From contig OZ253580.1 in NCBI GenBank assembly GCA_965263035.1, forward strand, positions 992,001 to 1,056,000: a DNA stretch of 64,000 bases. Reading direction: 5' to 3'. This stretch comes from Acidobacteriota bacterium. Its GTDB lineage: Bacteria; Acidobacteriota; UBA6911; RPQK01; JAJDTT01. A program made the position numbers and the translations under genes. Under the pieces are notes generated by a model. That model ran no database searches. It had not been told where the DNA came from and was given only the letters and a program-made list of their open reading frames with translations. Of this stretch, positions 1 to 10,089 are shown piece after piece. Position 1 is the first letter of the stretch; every line of letters starts with the position of its first letter.

Positions 1-1241
1 ATGGCCGAGAGCCCGTACTCGGTTGCATTGGCCCGTTCGATGGCCTCCTCGAAAGAATCTACCTTCACCACCGGGGCCACCGGACCAAACGTTTCCTCAT
101 ACATCAGGGCCGTATCGTCCGTGACGTTGGCCAGCACCGTGGGGGGATAAAAGAAACCGGGCCGATCGAGCCTGCCTCCCCCTGCCAGCACCTCAGCTCC
201 CGCTTGGACCGCGCTGTCGACGTGCTGTTGGACCCTTGAGAGCTGAGTCTCGTCGATCATCGGGCCCATCTCGGTCGAGGGATCCAACCCCGGCCCCACT
301 TTGAGAGACTTGGCCGCGTCGACCAAGTTTTCGACGAAGGCGTCCCGCACGGAAGACTGGACGTAGATCCTTTCCGTCGAAGTGCAGATCTGTCCGCTGT
401 TGGCAAAGGAGCAGCGTGCGGCCAGCCGCGCCACCGCACCGGGATCCACTGTATCGTCGACGATAAAGGCATCCTTGCCCCCGAGCTCCAGGATGACTTT
501 CAGCACCCGCTCTCCGGCGATGCGGCCGATATGGCGACCTACCTGGAGGCTTCCGATGAAGCAGACGATGTCCACGTCCGGGTGGCGGACGATCGGCTCT
601 CCCATGGTTGGACCGTCGCCATTCAGGTGATTGACGGCCCCAGGAGGCAGGTGATCGAAGACCCGCTCGAAAAGGAGCTGGGTGGCGAGAGGGGTCTTCT
701 CCGAACTTTTCAGCACCACCGTGTTGCCGACCATCAGGTTGCACACCGCCAGCTCCACGGAGGCGATCACGGGAAAGTTCCAGACACTGATACAGGCGGC
801 CACGCCCCGTGGCTCCCAACGTTGGAAGACCAGATCACCAGCCTGCGAACCCAGGTGGCGCGAGTCCAGGTAGATTCCAATCTCCGCCACTTGGTTGGTC
901 AGGCCCACGGAAGCGTCAAGCTCGCCGTAGGACTCGGCCAGGGGCTTGCCGTTTTCTCGAGTCAGCAGACGCGCCACTTCATCCCGGCAGGCCTGCATCT
1001 TGCGAGCGGCCTCCCGAAGCTGGACCGCGCGCGCGGGCGGAGAAAGGGCCCCCCATTCCCGGCCCGCCTCCACGGCTGCCTCTACTGCAGCCGCTGCATC
1101 CGCTGGATCACCACGCGGCACGTCTACGATATGATCCAAATTCGAGGGATCGCGAATGGGCAGGGTTTCGGTCCCATGGGAAGGCACCGAACGCCCGCCG
1201 ATCCACTGAGTCTGGGCTGTGGCCACCGCTGTTGTTTCCAT
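1..1241 (-). CDS. Aldehyde dehydrogenase family protein (C-terminus runs off the window)
   Basis: Read manually, not in the ORF track. ATG at 1241 with GGAG RBS. Translation starts METTAVATAQTQWIGG and contains PWNFP, LELGGKD, GQICTS, EETFGPV and ANATEYGL. Confidence 0.93.
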   Translation of the reverse strand, partial: METTAVATAQTQWIGGRSVPSHGTETLPIRDPSNLDHIVDVPRGDPADAAAAVEAAVEAGREWGALSPPARAVQLREAARKMQACRDEVARLLTRENGKPLAESYGELDASVGLTNQVAEIGIYLDSRHLGSQAGDLVFQRWEPRGVAACISVWNFPVIASVELAVCNLMVGNTVVLKSSEKTPLATQLLFERVFDHLPPGAVNHLNGDGPTMGEPIVRHPDVDIVCFIGSLQVGRHIGRIAGERVLKVILELGGKDAFIVDDTVDPGAVARLAARCSFANSGQICTSTERIYVQSSVRDAFVENLVDAAKSLKVGPGLDPSTEMGPMIDETQLSRVQQHVDSAVQAGAEVLAGGGRLDRPGFFYPPTVLANVTDDTALMYEETFGPVAPVVKVDSFEEAIERANATEYGLSA

Positions 1242-1309
1242 AAGAACTCCGTCGGGACGGCTTGGAGATTGACTCCGGCTGACGCGCCGGCTGACGTACT
1301 TTGGTATGA

Positions 1310-1318
1310 ATTATAACA
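1310..1318 (-). promoter_or_regulatory. Extended -10 element (TGTTATAAT) upstream of the ALDH gene
   Basis: Perfect TGnTATAAT on the minus strand about 70 bp upstream of the ATG. Confidence 0.55.
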
Positions 1319-1754
1319 CCGGCATTGAATGAGTCCGCAACTTTGTCAGAACGGTGTGAGGACGGCCTGGCTTACTGCCGAATGGTCCGGGTTGAATGAA
1401 AAGCTTGAGGAACGAGAAAGTGCATCCAAGAATCTCATCCCGCCTTCTGGCCAGCTGCTGTCTGTCCTCGACCGAGTCCTTTGAGCTTTAGGAAGAGATC
1501 TTTCGACAGCTGATTCGGGGCCAGATCGAGCGCGGCCACAACAATCTCTATCTTTTCGGCACTTCGCTTGTTCGGTGTTCTGCGGTTCGGTAGTTCGATA
1601 TTCGAAATTAAGCATTTAGCGTTCGACATTCGACCTTATTCCACTTTTCCAGTGGCAACCCCTTGCTGTCCCCGACACCTCGCTCGCGATTCAGGCTTCC
1701 CTGCACGGGAAGTCTCTATCCGGAATGATCCAGCGCAACAGGGTTGCAGGATGG

Positions 1755-3404
1755 TCACTCCTCCGGTTCGGTAACGTCCAGGATCTGGTTTGGCAGGAGG
1801 TTCCGCAGAGTTTGCTGAATCCCCGAAGGCCACTGGATCTCCACACTTTCAATCCGCTCAGCCTGTCCCAAGCCGAAATGGACCCGAGGGTCGTTCGCGG
1901 ATTGGTAGCTGGAAGCGCTGCCCACGGTCCAATACTGGGTCAGGCTGCCGGCGCTCAGCTTGATTCGCGCCCCCACGCCGAATCGATTGCTCTTCCGGCC
2001 CAAGAGCCGCAGCAGAATCCAATTCCTTTGGTTGCCGCCCTGGTTCAACAGAAGGCTGGGACGCCCGTTCAGATTCGACACCACGATATCCTGGTCGCCG
2101 TCGTTGTCGAAGTCTCCGAAGGCGGCACCACGGCTCACCAGCGGAGTCTGAAAAATCGTTCCGCTGCTGGGCGAGACGTTTTCGAATGCGCCGTTGGCCA
2201 GATTCCGGAACAGAAGGGGCGCCTGGGCGTATCCCACGTGGCCCAGGTACAGAGAGACGTTGTCCATCACATGGCTGTTGGCCGTGAAGATGTCTTTCCA
2301 GCCGTCGTTGTCGTAGTCGAAAAAACGCGTTCCCCAGCCTGTGTACGCCAGCGTCATCTGGGCGATGCCGGTGGAAAAGCGCACATCGGTAAAGCTCCCA
2401 TTCCCGTTGTTCTCGAAGACGACGTACGTGTCACCGGTCAGGGTGGTAATGATCAGATCGGGATAGCCGTCATTGTTATAATCCTGAAAATCGACTCCCA
2501 TTCCTCCAAAGGTGTCTCCGTCGCTGTTGTAGGCCACCCCGGCGGCCAGAGCGACTTCAGAAAAGCTTCCGTCTCGGTTGTTCTTGAACAAAAGGCAGGG
2601 GCTGCGATCGTTCGCCACGTAGATGTCGATCCATCCGTCGAGGTCGTAATCGGCGAAAGCGACCCCTAAACCTTTGCCCTGCGACTCTCCTATGCCCGAG
2701 GGAGCGGACACATCCGTGAAGGTACCATCACCGTTGTTGCGATACAGCAGGTCGGAGATCCCGCCAAAGCGGTCCGGAATGCAGAAGCTGCGGTAGCCAG
2801 GTCCGGGCTTGCCACAGTAGGGATTGTTGTCGAAATCCCAATCCAGATATCGGACCACATACAGGTCCAGATCACCGTCCCGGTCGTAGTCCAGGAAGGC
2901 GGCACTGCTGGACCAAAGCTGCCCGGCGACCCTAGCCCCGGCCGTGACATCGGTAAAGCGCCCGATCCCCTCGTTCCGGTACAGGGAATTGCGGCCAAAG
3001 CGTGTCACATAGACATCCAGGTCCCCGTCGTTGTCGTAATCACCCGTTGCCACCCCCATCCCGTATCCGCGTCCCGCCATTCCGGCGGAAACCGTGACAT
3101 CCTGGAAGCCTTCCCCGTTGAGGTTGCGGTAGAGACGATCCGCGTAAACGCCGCTCTTGGGCATCGAAATAGCTTCCGCCGAAGTGGCTCGCTGGAGGGG
3201 AAATCCATTGACCAGGAAAAGGTCCAGAAATCCATCCGAATCAAAGTCGAGCACGCCGACACCCCCACCCATGGTTTCGATCAGGAATTTGTGCTCGGTT
3301 GGAGATGCCCGCTGCCTGAAGCTCACACCCCAGGTCACGCCCGCCTCCTGGTAGACCACCGGACGGGCGTCCACGGTGCCGCCCAGGAGGACAGCCGTCA
3401 TCAA
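1755..3404 (-). CDS. CRTAC1-family protein (FG-GAP-like repeats plus ASPIC/UnbV domain)
   Basis: Repeated DxDxDGxxD motifs, ETMGGG, and C-terminal SSYQSANDPRVHFGLG...IQWPSG. Start position uncertain. Confidence 0.92.
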   Translation of the reverse strand: MMTAVLLGGTVDARPVVYQEAGVTWGVSFRQRASPTEHKFLIETMGGGVGVLDFDSDGFLDLFLVNGFPLQRATSAEAISMPKSGVYADRLYRNLNGEGFQDVTVSAGMAGRGYGMGVATGDYDNDGDLDVYVTRFGRNSLYRNEGIGRFTDVTAGARVAGQLWSSSAAFLDYDRDGDLDLYVVRYLDWDFDNNPYCGKPGPGYRSFCIPDRFGGISDLLYRNNGDGTFTDVSAPSGIGESQGKGLGVAFADYDLDGWIDIYVANDRSPCLLFKNNRDGSFSEVALAAGVAYNSDGDTFGGMGVDFQDYNNDGYPDLIITTLTGDTYVVFENNGNGSFTDVRFSTGIAQMTLAYTGWGTRFFDYDNDGWKDIFTANSHVMDNVSLYLGHVGYAQAPLLFRNLANGAFENVSPSSGTIFQTPLVSRGAAFGDFDNDGDQDIVVSNLNGRPSLLLNQGGNQRNWILLRLLGRKSNRFGVGARIKLSAGSLTQYWTVGSASSYQSANDPRVHFGLGQAERIESVEIQWPSGIQQTLRNLLPNQILDVTEPEE

Positions 3405-3417
3405 AAGGATGGGAACT

Positions 3418-5034
3418 TTATCTTTCTCGATGTTTCAACTCTCTGAAAATCCGCAGTGCCTTCTCGGCTTCCTCTTTCCGGCCGAGTTTCCGGTAGGTGG
3501 CGGACAGCTTGTAGTGTAGGGAAGCATCGGCGGGAGTGATCTCAAGCGCCTTTCGAAGGTGACCCAAAGACTTCTGGTACTGTCCCTGAGCCGCGTAGAG
3601 TCGCTCCAGTCCCAGGTGCGCATCCACCATCCTGGGGTCAAGATCCAAGGCCTTCAGGAAATGTCCTTCGGCCTGCTCGACCTTTCCCTTCATGAACAGG
3701 ATGTCCCCGATCTGATAGACCGCCAGCGAGTGGCCCGGGTGGGCTTTGAGGCCCTCTTGAAGCGCCGGGAGCGCATCGTCATAGCGCCGTAGCCTCCACT
3801 GCAGTTCCCCGATCGCGAGCTGAAGACGCCGGAGCGAAGGTCTGAGCGAGAAGGCTGCCCGATACTTTTGGATGGCTCCCTCCAGATCGCCCAGCTCCTC
3901 GTAGGATTCGGCCTTCAGAATATGGTCCCAATAGGGATCGGGTCCTGCCTGCAGGGTGAAGCTGGTCAAAAGGGACAGGATCTGATAACCCTCCGCCAGC
4001 AAATAGAACTCCTCGGCCGAAGCGGAGTTGGAACTGTGCAACATATGTGCCCGCGCCCGGTAACGCTCGACTTCTTCCCCGATGGCTTCAGCCGGGGGAG
4101 CATCCAGAAACCGGATGACACCGTCAATCAGGTCATCTTCGGGCCCACTGGCAAGCAGTGAGGCGACTCCGGAGACCCGCTCGTTCAGCCATCGGATCCT
4201 CTGCTGGAGCCGCTTTTCCTGAGGCCGTTTTTTCAGGGCCCGAGTATACTCCTCTCGGGCTATTTTCCAATTCTGTGTGGTGATGTGGAAGTGCGCCCGC
4301 GCCAAATGGGCGTAGAATGAATTCGGGAACTTCTGCTCGAGATCACTGTGAAATCGCCTTGCTAGATGAGCGTAACACCGGTTCAGATGGTAGCTGATCT
4401 CCCCGTCCTGCTCCTCGGCGGCCAGCGCCTCTTCCAGGTGAGGCACCGCGTCAAGAAAACTGGATCGCGCCTGGTAGACGTACCCCAGATAGCGATGAAC
4501 CTGGGGGTCAGGCTTCAAGGCCAGAGCCTTCTTGAGCGGTCGCAGTGCATCCTCGTAGCGGCCGCTCTCAAAGAACAAAATGCCCAGGTATAAGTGCGGA
4601 CCCGGGAGCCCTGGCTTCAGCCGGGCTGCCCTTCCAAAAGCGCCCAGCGCCTGCTTCTTCTGCCCCAGCAGGCGGTAGAGGTAGCCCAGGCTAGCGTGCA
4701 CTTCGGCAATGTCGGAGCGCAAGGCAGCCAGCCGCTCGTAGTTATCGGCCGCCCTCCGATAATCCCCGGCCTGCTGGGCTTCATAGGCTTGCCGGTGGAG
4801 CCGGGCGAGATCGCTTTCCCCCTGGTTCCCCAGCCCGGCCAGTCCGACGGTAATGCATAACAGGATCAGGGCAGCGGAACCGATGAATCCCTTCACGCCA
4901 GCCACCGCAGGGCGTGGACGCCCCGCTGGGAATCCAGGGTGCCGACACCGCCTTTGCGCGGCGAAATCCACTCGGTCACTGTGCAATGCCGCCCGTTCCA
5001 ACGTGGACCCGTCACGCAAGTTTGTTCTTGACAT
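3418..5034 (-). CDS. Tetratricopeptide repeat protein, probably exported
   Basis: Multiple TPR-like helical repeats and a hydrophobic segment near the N-terminus; adjacent to the CRTAC1 gene. True start may be downstream. Confidence 0.88.
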   Translation of the reverse strand: MSRTNLRDGSTLERAALHSDRVDFAAQRRCRHPGFPAGRPRPAVAGVKGFIGSAALILLCITVGLAGLGNQGESDLARLHRQAYEAQQAGDYRRAADNYERLAALRSDIAEVHASLGYLYRLLGQKKQALGAFGRAARLKPGLPGPHLYLGILFFESGRYEDALRPLKKALALKPDPQVHRYLGYVYQARSSFLDAVPHLEEALAAEEQDGEISYHLNRCYAHLARRFHSDLEQKFPNSFYAHLARAHFHITTQNWKIAREEYTRALKKRPQEKRLQQRIRWLNERVSGVASLLASGPEDDLIDGVIRFLDAPPAEAIGEEVERYRARAHMLHSSNSASAEEFYLLAEGYQILSLLTSFTLQAGPDPYWDHILKAESYEELGDLEGAIQKYRAAFSLRPSLRRLQLAIGELQWRLRRYDDALPALQEGLKAHPGHSLAVYQIGDILFMKGKVEQAEGHFLKALDLDPRMVDAHLGLERLYAAQGQYQKSLGHLRKALEITPADASLHYKLSATYRKLGRKEEAEKALRIFRELKHRER

Positions 5035-5350
5035 ACCTCCTGGCTTGCGTGCATAGTAGAGGGTAATTATGGGTCTGTTAAATTCCTACGATCCGATCCT
5101 GATCAACTCGCTTGATTATCGCTCACTTCCACAGCTTTTCCGACGCTCTCTCAGGACTTCCCGCCGACCAGCGAAACAGCGGTCGAAACTCACCACACGA
5201 AGCTCATTATACACAGTGTTTCAGTCGGCCTTCAACCGCGGTTAGGTCCACAGCTCAGGGGCGGAGATGTGCGATTTTTTGGAATGCCTGATTAGATAAA
5301 TTATAAGGTTGAGGTTGCATCCCAGCGTGTAAACATTGGAGGTTAAAATC

Positions 5351-8300
5351 ATGAACCGCGGAAGACTTTCGATCCTTCTTTCAGGGGTAGCGGTAGTGTA
5401 CCTGTGCGGGTCTGCTCTTTTGGGCCAAACCAGCCAGACTATTGTGGGAACGGTCCAGGACACCGGGGGTGGACTGATTCCTGGAGTGAGCGTAACGGCC
5501 CGCCATCTGCTCACCAATGACCAGCGCGAGGCCGTTACCAACGACACGGGTGACTACCAGGTCATCCGCTTGAACCGCGTGGGCCTTTACGAAGTACGAG
5601 CCGAGATGCCGGGTTTCAAGGTTGCCGTGGCCCCGGACATTTTAATCACGACCGGGCAGACCGTGCGGGTGGACCTGGTCCTGGAAGTGGGCGAGATCAG
5701 CGACTCGGTGACAGTGCAGGGGGCTGCACCCCTGGTGCGCTCCGAGACCTCGTCTCTGGAGACGGTGGTTCAAAACCGTGAAATCCTGGACCTGCCGCTT
5801 TATGGGCGAAACTTCCTGGAGTTGACGGGTCTGACGGCCGGTGTGTCGACGAAAGCTCCGGCGGGGATCGGATATCAGCAGACCAATCTCGTGGCGGGCG
5901 GCGCCCGCGCTCGAGACAACGATTACCGGATCGACGGCTTTCGAAGCATGGCCAACTATAACGCGGACATGACGGTCAAGCCGCCGATCGACGCCATCGA
6001 GGAGTTTCAGCTGATCCGCCATCAGTATTCGGCTGAATACGGCCGCGCCATGGGGGCGGTGGTGGAGCTGAGAACCAAATCAGGCACCAACGAGTTTCAT
6101 GGAAGCGTCTACGAATTCGCGCGCCGGGGAAGATGGTCCGCCGTCCCGGCTTTCGCCCGCACGAAACCCGAGTACAAGGAAGATCAATATGGGGGAAGCA
6201 TCGGGGGACCCGTCTGGTTGCCCGGGCTTTACGACGGCCGCGACCGGAGCTTTTTCTTCCTGGCCTACGAGAAGTTCAAGAGTCCGAGCGAGAAAGTCGC
6301 TCGCTTCTATACGCTGCCCGATGCGGAGCGAGCCGGGGACTTCTCCCAGTCACTCTGGGGCACTTCGCCCATCGATCCGCTCACCGGTGAGCCTTTCCCC
6401 AATGGCATCATCCCGCGGTCGCGGATGGGTTTGGGAACCCAGAAGATGTTGGGCATCGTGCCGGGGCCCAACCAGGACCTGGACGGGACCGTCAACTGGA
6501 CCGGCAATTTTCCCTTCGACCGGGAGTATCCGAACTGGGTGCTTCGAGGGGATCACGAACTCGCCGAAAACCATACCCTGTTCTCCTCAGTAATGTGGAC
6601 GCAGGACCAGCAGCTGATCTCCCCCGCACTCGACTGTGGCGTCGGTTGCGACCGGATCAGCGACGTCAATCAGGATGCCGGGAACACCGCGACCGTAGTC
6701 GGCTACACCTGGGCCATGAGTCCGAGCTTGGTCCTGGAGACTAGGGCCGGTTATACGTGGTCCAACTCTTACAAGTTTCTGGGCACGGACCTGTCCAAGA
6801 ATTGGTCGAAGGAGCTGGGTTTTTCCCACCATCCTCCCGATGACCAAGGCCATCTATTTGGTGCGCCCCGAGTGACCGTGAGCGGGTTCGGCGCGGGTCC
6901 CACACCGGGAGCCGCCACCTTCTTCGGCCACTTCTCCGGCGGCAACCTGACCCGTTCGGAGGAAGCCTACAATCTGACCAATATCATCAGCGTGACCCAT
7001 GGCGACCACTACGTCAAAGTCGGTGTGGACATCCTCCACGACCGCGCCCGGGTGCTGGCAACCAACGGCGCTGCCGGAATGTACTGGATCGGCTACGCCC
7101 AAATCACTGGAAACCGCAGTGCGGACTTTTTCATGGGCGAATACAGCATAGGGGGCTTCCAGTTCATTCCGAGGTGGTCGGGAGCCAAGAGAAGCCAGAC
7201 CAGCTGGTTCATTCATGACGATTGGAAAGTCATTCCCAACCTGACCTTGAACCTGGGAGTTCGTTACGACTACTCCCCACCTTATACGTCGTTGCAAGAT
7301 CGGATCATCCACTACGATCTGGTCGACGACATCGTCGTCTACCCGAGCGCCCTGGAAGCACAGTTGTCGCCGAAACAAACGGCTTCCTTGAAGTTTCCCC
7401 ACCGCTTCACGGGTCCCTCCACCACCTTTCTTGGCGCCGACAAGCTGGACTTCTCGCCGCGTGTGGGACTGGCCTATCGGCCCTTTGGCGGAAGCGACAT
7501 GGTGGTTCGCGCAGGTTATGGCGTCTTCTACGGCAGCCCCATGGGGTACGCGGTGGCTCGCAACTGGCAGGCGGCACCGTGGCAGGCTTGGCTAAACTAC
7601 GGCGTCTGGGGAGGCAAGCCACCATTCCCCAGACGCTTCGCCGATGTCCAACCCGAACTGGGGACGGAAGAGTATTACATCCCGGGAAATATCCGAGTAC
7701 CGGAAGCCGGCTGGCAGAACGCCTATACTCAGCATTGGAATTTCACGATCCAGAAGGAGATCGCGCGTGACATGGCCTTGGAGGTCGTCTACGCGGGTGC
7801 CCGCGGCGCGCACCTCGACTTCGAACACCCGGGCCGTTTGTTCGCACCCATTTACGGCCGGGACGACTTCGCGCTCGGAACCAACCTTAGACTCAATACC
7901 AGCGGTGCCGACAGCCGCTACAACTCCATGCAGGTGATACTCCAGAAGCGTTTCAGCCGGGGCCTTGCCTTCCGCGCCAATTACACCTGGGGCAAGTTGA
8001 TGAACGACACTCCCGAGCGTTTCGACGCCGCGGCGAACAGCACCGTGGCCCATCTGTATCGCAAGGATCAAGAGTGGGGACTCGGTCAAGCCAATCTGCG
8101 GCACAACGTCAACTTTTCAGGAATCTTTGAGCTGCCCTTCGGCCGGAACCGGCGCTGGGGCTCAAGCTGGAACCGGGGACTCGACGCCGTGCTGGGAGGT
8201 TGGAGACTGAGCCACATCTTTGACGCCAACTCGGGAGGCCCGATAAACGTCCATTGGGGCCCCTTTCTCCGGCCCGACTTGGCCTCTACGAAAAAAGAAG

Positions 8301-8623
8301 CCAACCTGCCCAAGTCAGCGCGATCACGTTCCCAATGGTTTGACACCGCAGCCTTTGTGGCACCACCCCCGGGGCGGCAGGGCAATGTGCCTCGAAACGT
8401 CATCGAGGGACCTAACTACGCGAACCTGGATCTGGGCATCGGTAAGATTTTCACAGTCCACGAAGAGCACCGCGTCGAGTTTCGCGTGGAGATGTTCAAT
8501 GCCACCAACCACCCCAACTTCTACGGAGGATCCACCGTCGATGTCACCCAGCCCAGCGCCACCCGGCTGCTGAGTGCCTGGCCGATGCGCCGAGTCCAGA
8601 TCGGTGTGAGGTACTCATTCTGA
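5351..8623 (+). CDS. TonB-dependent receptor (Oar-like, carboxypeptidase-regulatory-like N-domain)
   Basis: GGAGGT RBS, signal peptide, GTVQDTGGGLIPGV, LPLYGRNFLEL, TKSGTNEFHG and C-terminal VQIGVRYSF. Confidence 0.95.
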   Translation: MNRGRLSILLSGVAVVYLCGSALLGQTSQTIVGTVQDTGGGLIPGVSVTARHLLTNDQREAVTNDTGDYQVIRLNRVGLYEVRAEMPGFKVAVAPDILITTGQTVRVDLVLEVGEISDSVTVQGAAPLVRSETSSLETVVQNREILDLPLYGRNFLELTGLTAGVSTKAPAGIGYQQTNLVAGGARARDNDYRIDGFRSMANYNADMTVKPPIDAIEEFQLIRHQYSAEYGRAMGAVVELRTKSGTNEFHGSVYEFARRGRWSAVPAFARTKPEYKEDQYGGSIGGPVWLPGLYDGRDRSFFFLAYEKFKSPSEKVARFYTLPDAERAGDFSQSLWGTSPIDPLTGEPFPNGIIPRSRMGLGTQKMLGIVPGPNQDLDGTVNWTGNFPFDREYPNWVLRGDHELAENHTLFSSVMWTQDQQLISPALDCGVGCDRISDVNQDAGNTATVVGYTWAMSPSLVLETRAGYTWSNSYKFLGTDLSKNWSKELGFSHHPPDDQGHLFGAPRVTVSGFGAGPTPGAATFFGHFSGGNLTRSEEAYNLTNIISVTHGDHYVKVGVDILHDRARVLATNGAAGMYWIGYAQITGNRSADFFMGEYSIGGFQFIPRWSGAKRSQTSWFIHDDWKVIPNLTLNLGVRYDYSPPYTSLQDRIIHYDLVDDIVVYPSALEAQLSPKQTASLKFPHRFTGPSTTFLGADKLDFSPRVGLAYRPFGGSDMVVRAGYGVFYGSPMGYAVARNWQAAPWQAWLNYGVWGGKPPFPRRFADVQPELGTEEYYIPGNIRVPEAGWQNAYTQHWNFTIQKEIARDMALEVVYAGARGAHLDFEHPGRLFAPIYGRDDFALGTNLRLNTSGADSRYNSMQVILQKRFSRGLAFRANYTWGKLMNDTPERFDAAANSTVAHLYRKDQEWGLGQANLRHNVNFSGIFELPFGRNRRWGSSWNRGLDAVLGGWRLSHIFDANSGGPINVHWGPFLRPDLASTKKEANLPKSARSRSQWFDTAAFVAPPPGRQGNVPRNVIEGPNYANLDLGIGKIFTVHEEHRVEFRVEMFNATNHPNFYGGSTVDVTQPSATRLLSAWPMRRVQIGVRYSF

Positions 8624-8684
8624 TCTGATGCGGCCTCCAGGACGAGTTCCTCCCCACCATTGACGTTGGTGATAGATCCGGATC

Positions 8685-8722
8685 GGGTGGGGCGAGTGAG
8701 CGGCTCGCCCCACCCTTTTTTT
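8685..8722 (+). terminator. Rho-independent terminator
   Basis: GGGTGGGGCGAG-7 nt loop-CTCGCCCCACCC (12-bp perfect stem) followed by T7. Confidence 0.9.
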
Positions 8723-8814
8723 CGACCAATTCCTTCCGCGGCGGCAGGAAAACAGTCCCGGCTGAAGACTCAGAAAACAGCGGGCGATTGAGTCCAGGCA
8801 AACACATATCATCG

Positions 8815-10044
8815 ATGCAAACCCACCCCGGTTGGCGCGCAACCACGCTTGTCTCTCTTCTGATGCTCACCGCGATTCCGCTGTACGGCGAACGCTTTCA
8901 ACTAAAGGGATTGGAAGGAGAGATCAGCCTTCCAGCGGTGGTCGCGCGGGATAAGGGATTTCTCTGGCGGCCCACGCTGGCCAATCTGGGTGGGGGCGAA
9001 CTGGTGATGGCCATCAACGTCCAATCAGACATCTACCAGCCCTTCAACGTCATGCATCTGACTCGCAGCACGGATCGCGGACATAGCTGGGGCAGACGCT
9101 GGCCGGTCGCGCAGGCGGGTTGGGTGGCGGGTTGGGCCAGGAAGGGTGAGGCGTTTTTTCTTCCTTACGACGCGGTTTACTTCCTGGACAGCGAGCACAA
9201 GGATTTCACAGGTTCTTTGATCGTGCTACGTGCCCGCTCGAATCAGGTGGTGACGGAACTGGGAGCGGTGCGTGTCACCGGCGTTCCTCGCCGGATTCAC
9301 CAGATGACTTATGGTCAGCCCTACATGTACTTCTGGGGCAACGTCATTACTTTGGCCGATGGCACCCTGGCCACAACGATTTTTGGGGGCTGGGCCGGAG
9401 ATCCTCCGCGCCATCCCAAGACCACCTCTCCCCGGCTGAGTTTGATGATGGTCCGATCGGCCGACGGAGGGAGAGAGTGGTCGGTACAGGGGCTGGTGGC
9501 CCGCGGTGAAGACGTCCCTCAGGGGGCGGAGGGTGCCGCCGAAGCCTCGCTGGCGAAGCTCGAAAACGGGGATCTGCTTTGCGTATTTCGAGTGGGTGTT
9601 CCCTCTCCTTATCACCGCAGCGTCAGCCGCGATCATGGCCGGACCTGGAGCCGTCCTAAAGCATTGCCGGAAGGGACGGGCTCGGTCAACCCGCGCCTGA
9701 CGCGTCTTTCCAACGGCGTCCTCGCGTTAGCCGGAGGGCGGCCCGGACTTTTTCTCTGGCTCTGTTCGGATGGCCGGGGAGAGCAGTGGCACTCCATCGA
9801 CCTGCAGGCGCACCACAACCGGAATCACCCGGCCAAGCCGATTGATCCAGGCGGAGCTCCCCGCACCAGCTCGGCCTATATGGACATGATCGAGCTGGAA
9901 CCCAGCATGATTTTCCTGGTTTACGATCGTATCCCCGGGGGTTGGAAGGGTGTTCCGGGGGACTCCCCGGAGTGGAATGAAATCTACGCTGTTCGAATCA
10001 AGGTGAGTCGTGCGGCTCGAGTAGAGTCAGAAGGGACACGTTGA
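8815..10044 (+). CDS. BNR/Asp-box (sialidase-like beta-propeller) exported protein
   Basis: Asp boxes STDRGHSW, SADGGREW and SRDHGRTW; signal-like N-terminus. Confidence 0.85.
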   Translation: MQTHPGWRATTLVSLLMLTAIPLYGERFQLKGLEGEISLPAVVARDKGFLWRPTLANLGGGELVMAINVQSDIYQPFNVMHLTRSTDRGHSWGRRWPVAQAGWVAGWARKGEAFFLPYDAVYFLDSEHKDFTGSLIVLRARSNQVVTELGAVRVTGVPRRIHQMTYGQPYMYFWGNVITLADGTLATTIFGGWAGDPPRHPKTTSPRLSLMMVRSADGGREWSVQGLVARGEDVPQGAEGAAEASLAKLENGDLLCVFRVGVPSPYHRSVSRDHGRTWSRPKALPEGTGSVNPRLTRLSNGVLALAGGRPGLFLWLCSDGRGEQWHSIDLQAHHNRNHPAKPIDPGGAPRTSSAYMDMIELEPSMIFLVYDRIPGGWKGVPGDSPEWNEIYAVRIKVSRAARVESEGTR

Positions 10045-10089
10045 TGATCCAGCCTTCTCTGCGATGTCGGTGACGTGCCGACCCTTCAC

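Noticed and set aside
193-1316. ORF-track calls 193-819, 531-1316 and 809-1243
   Set aside because: Shadow frames of the minus-strand ALDH, which the track missed because its stop lies outside the window.
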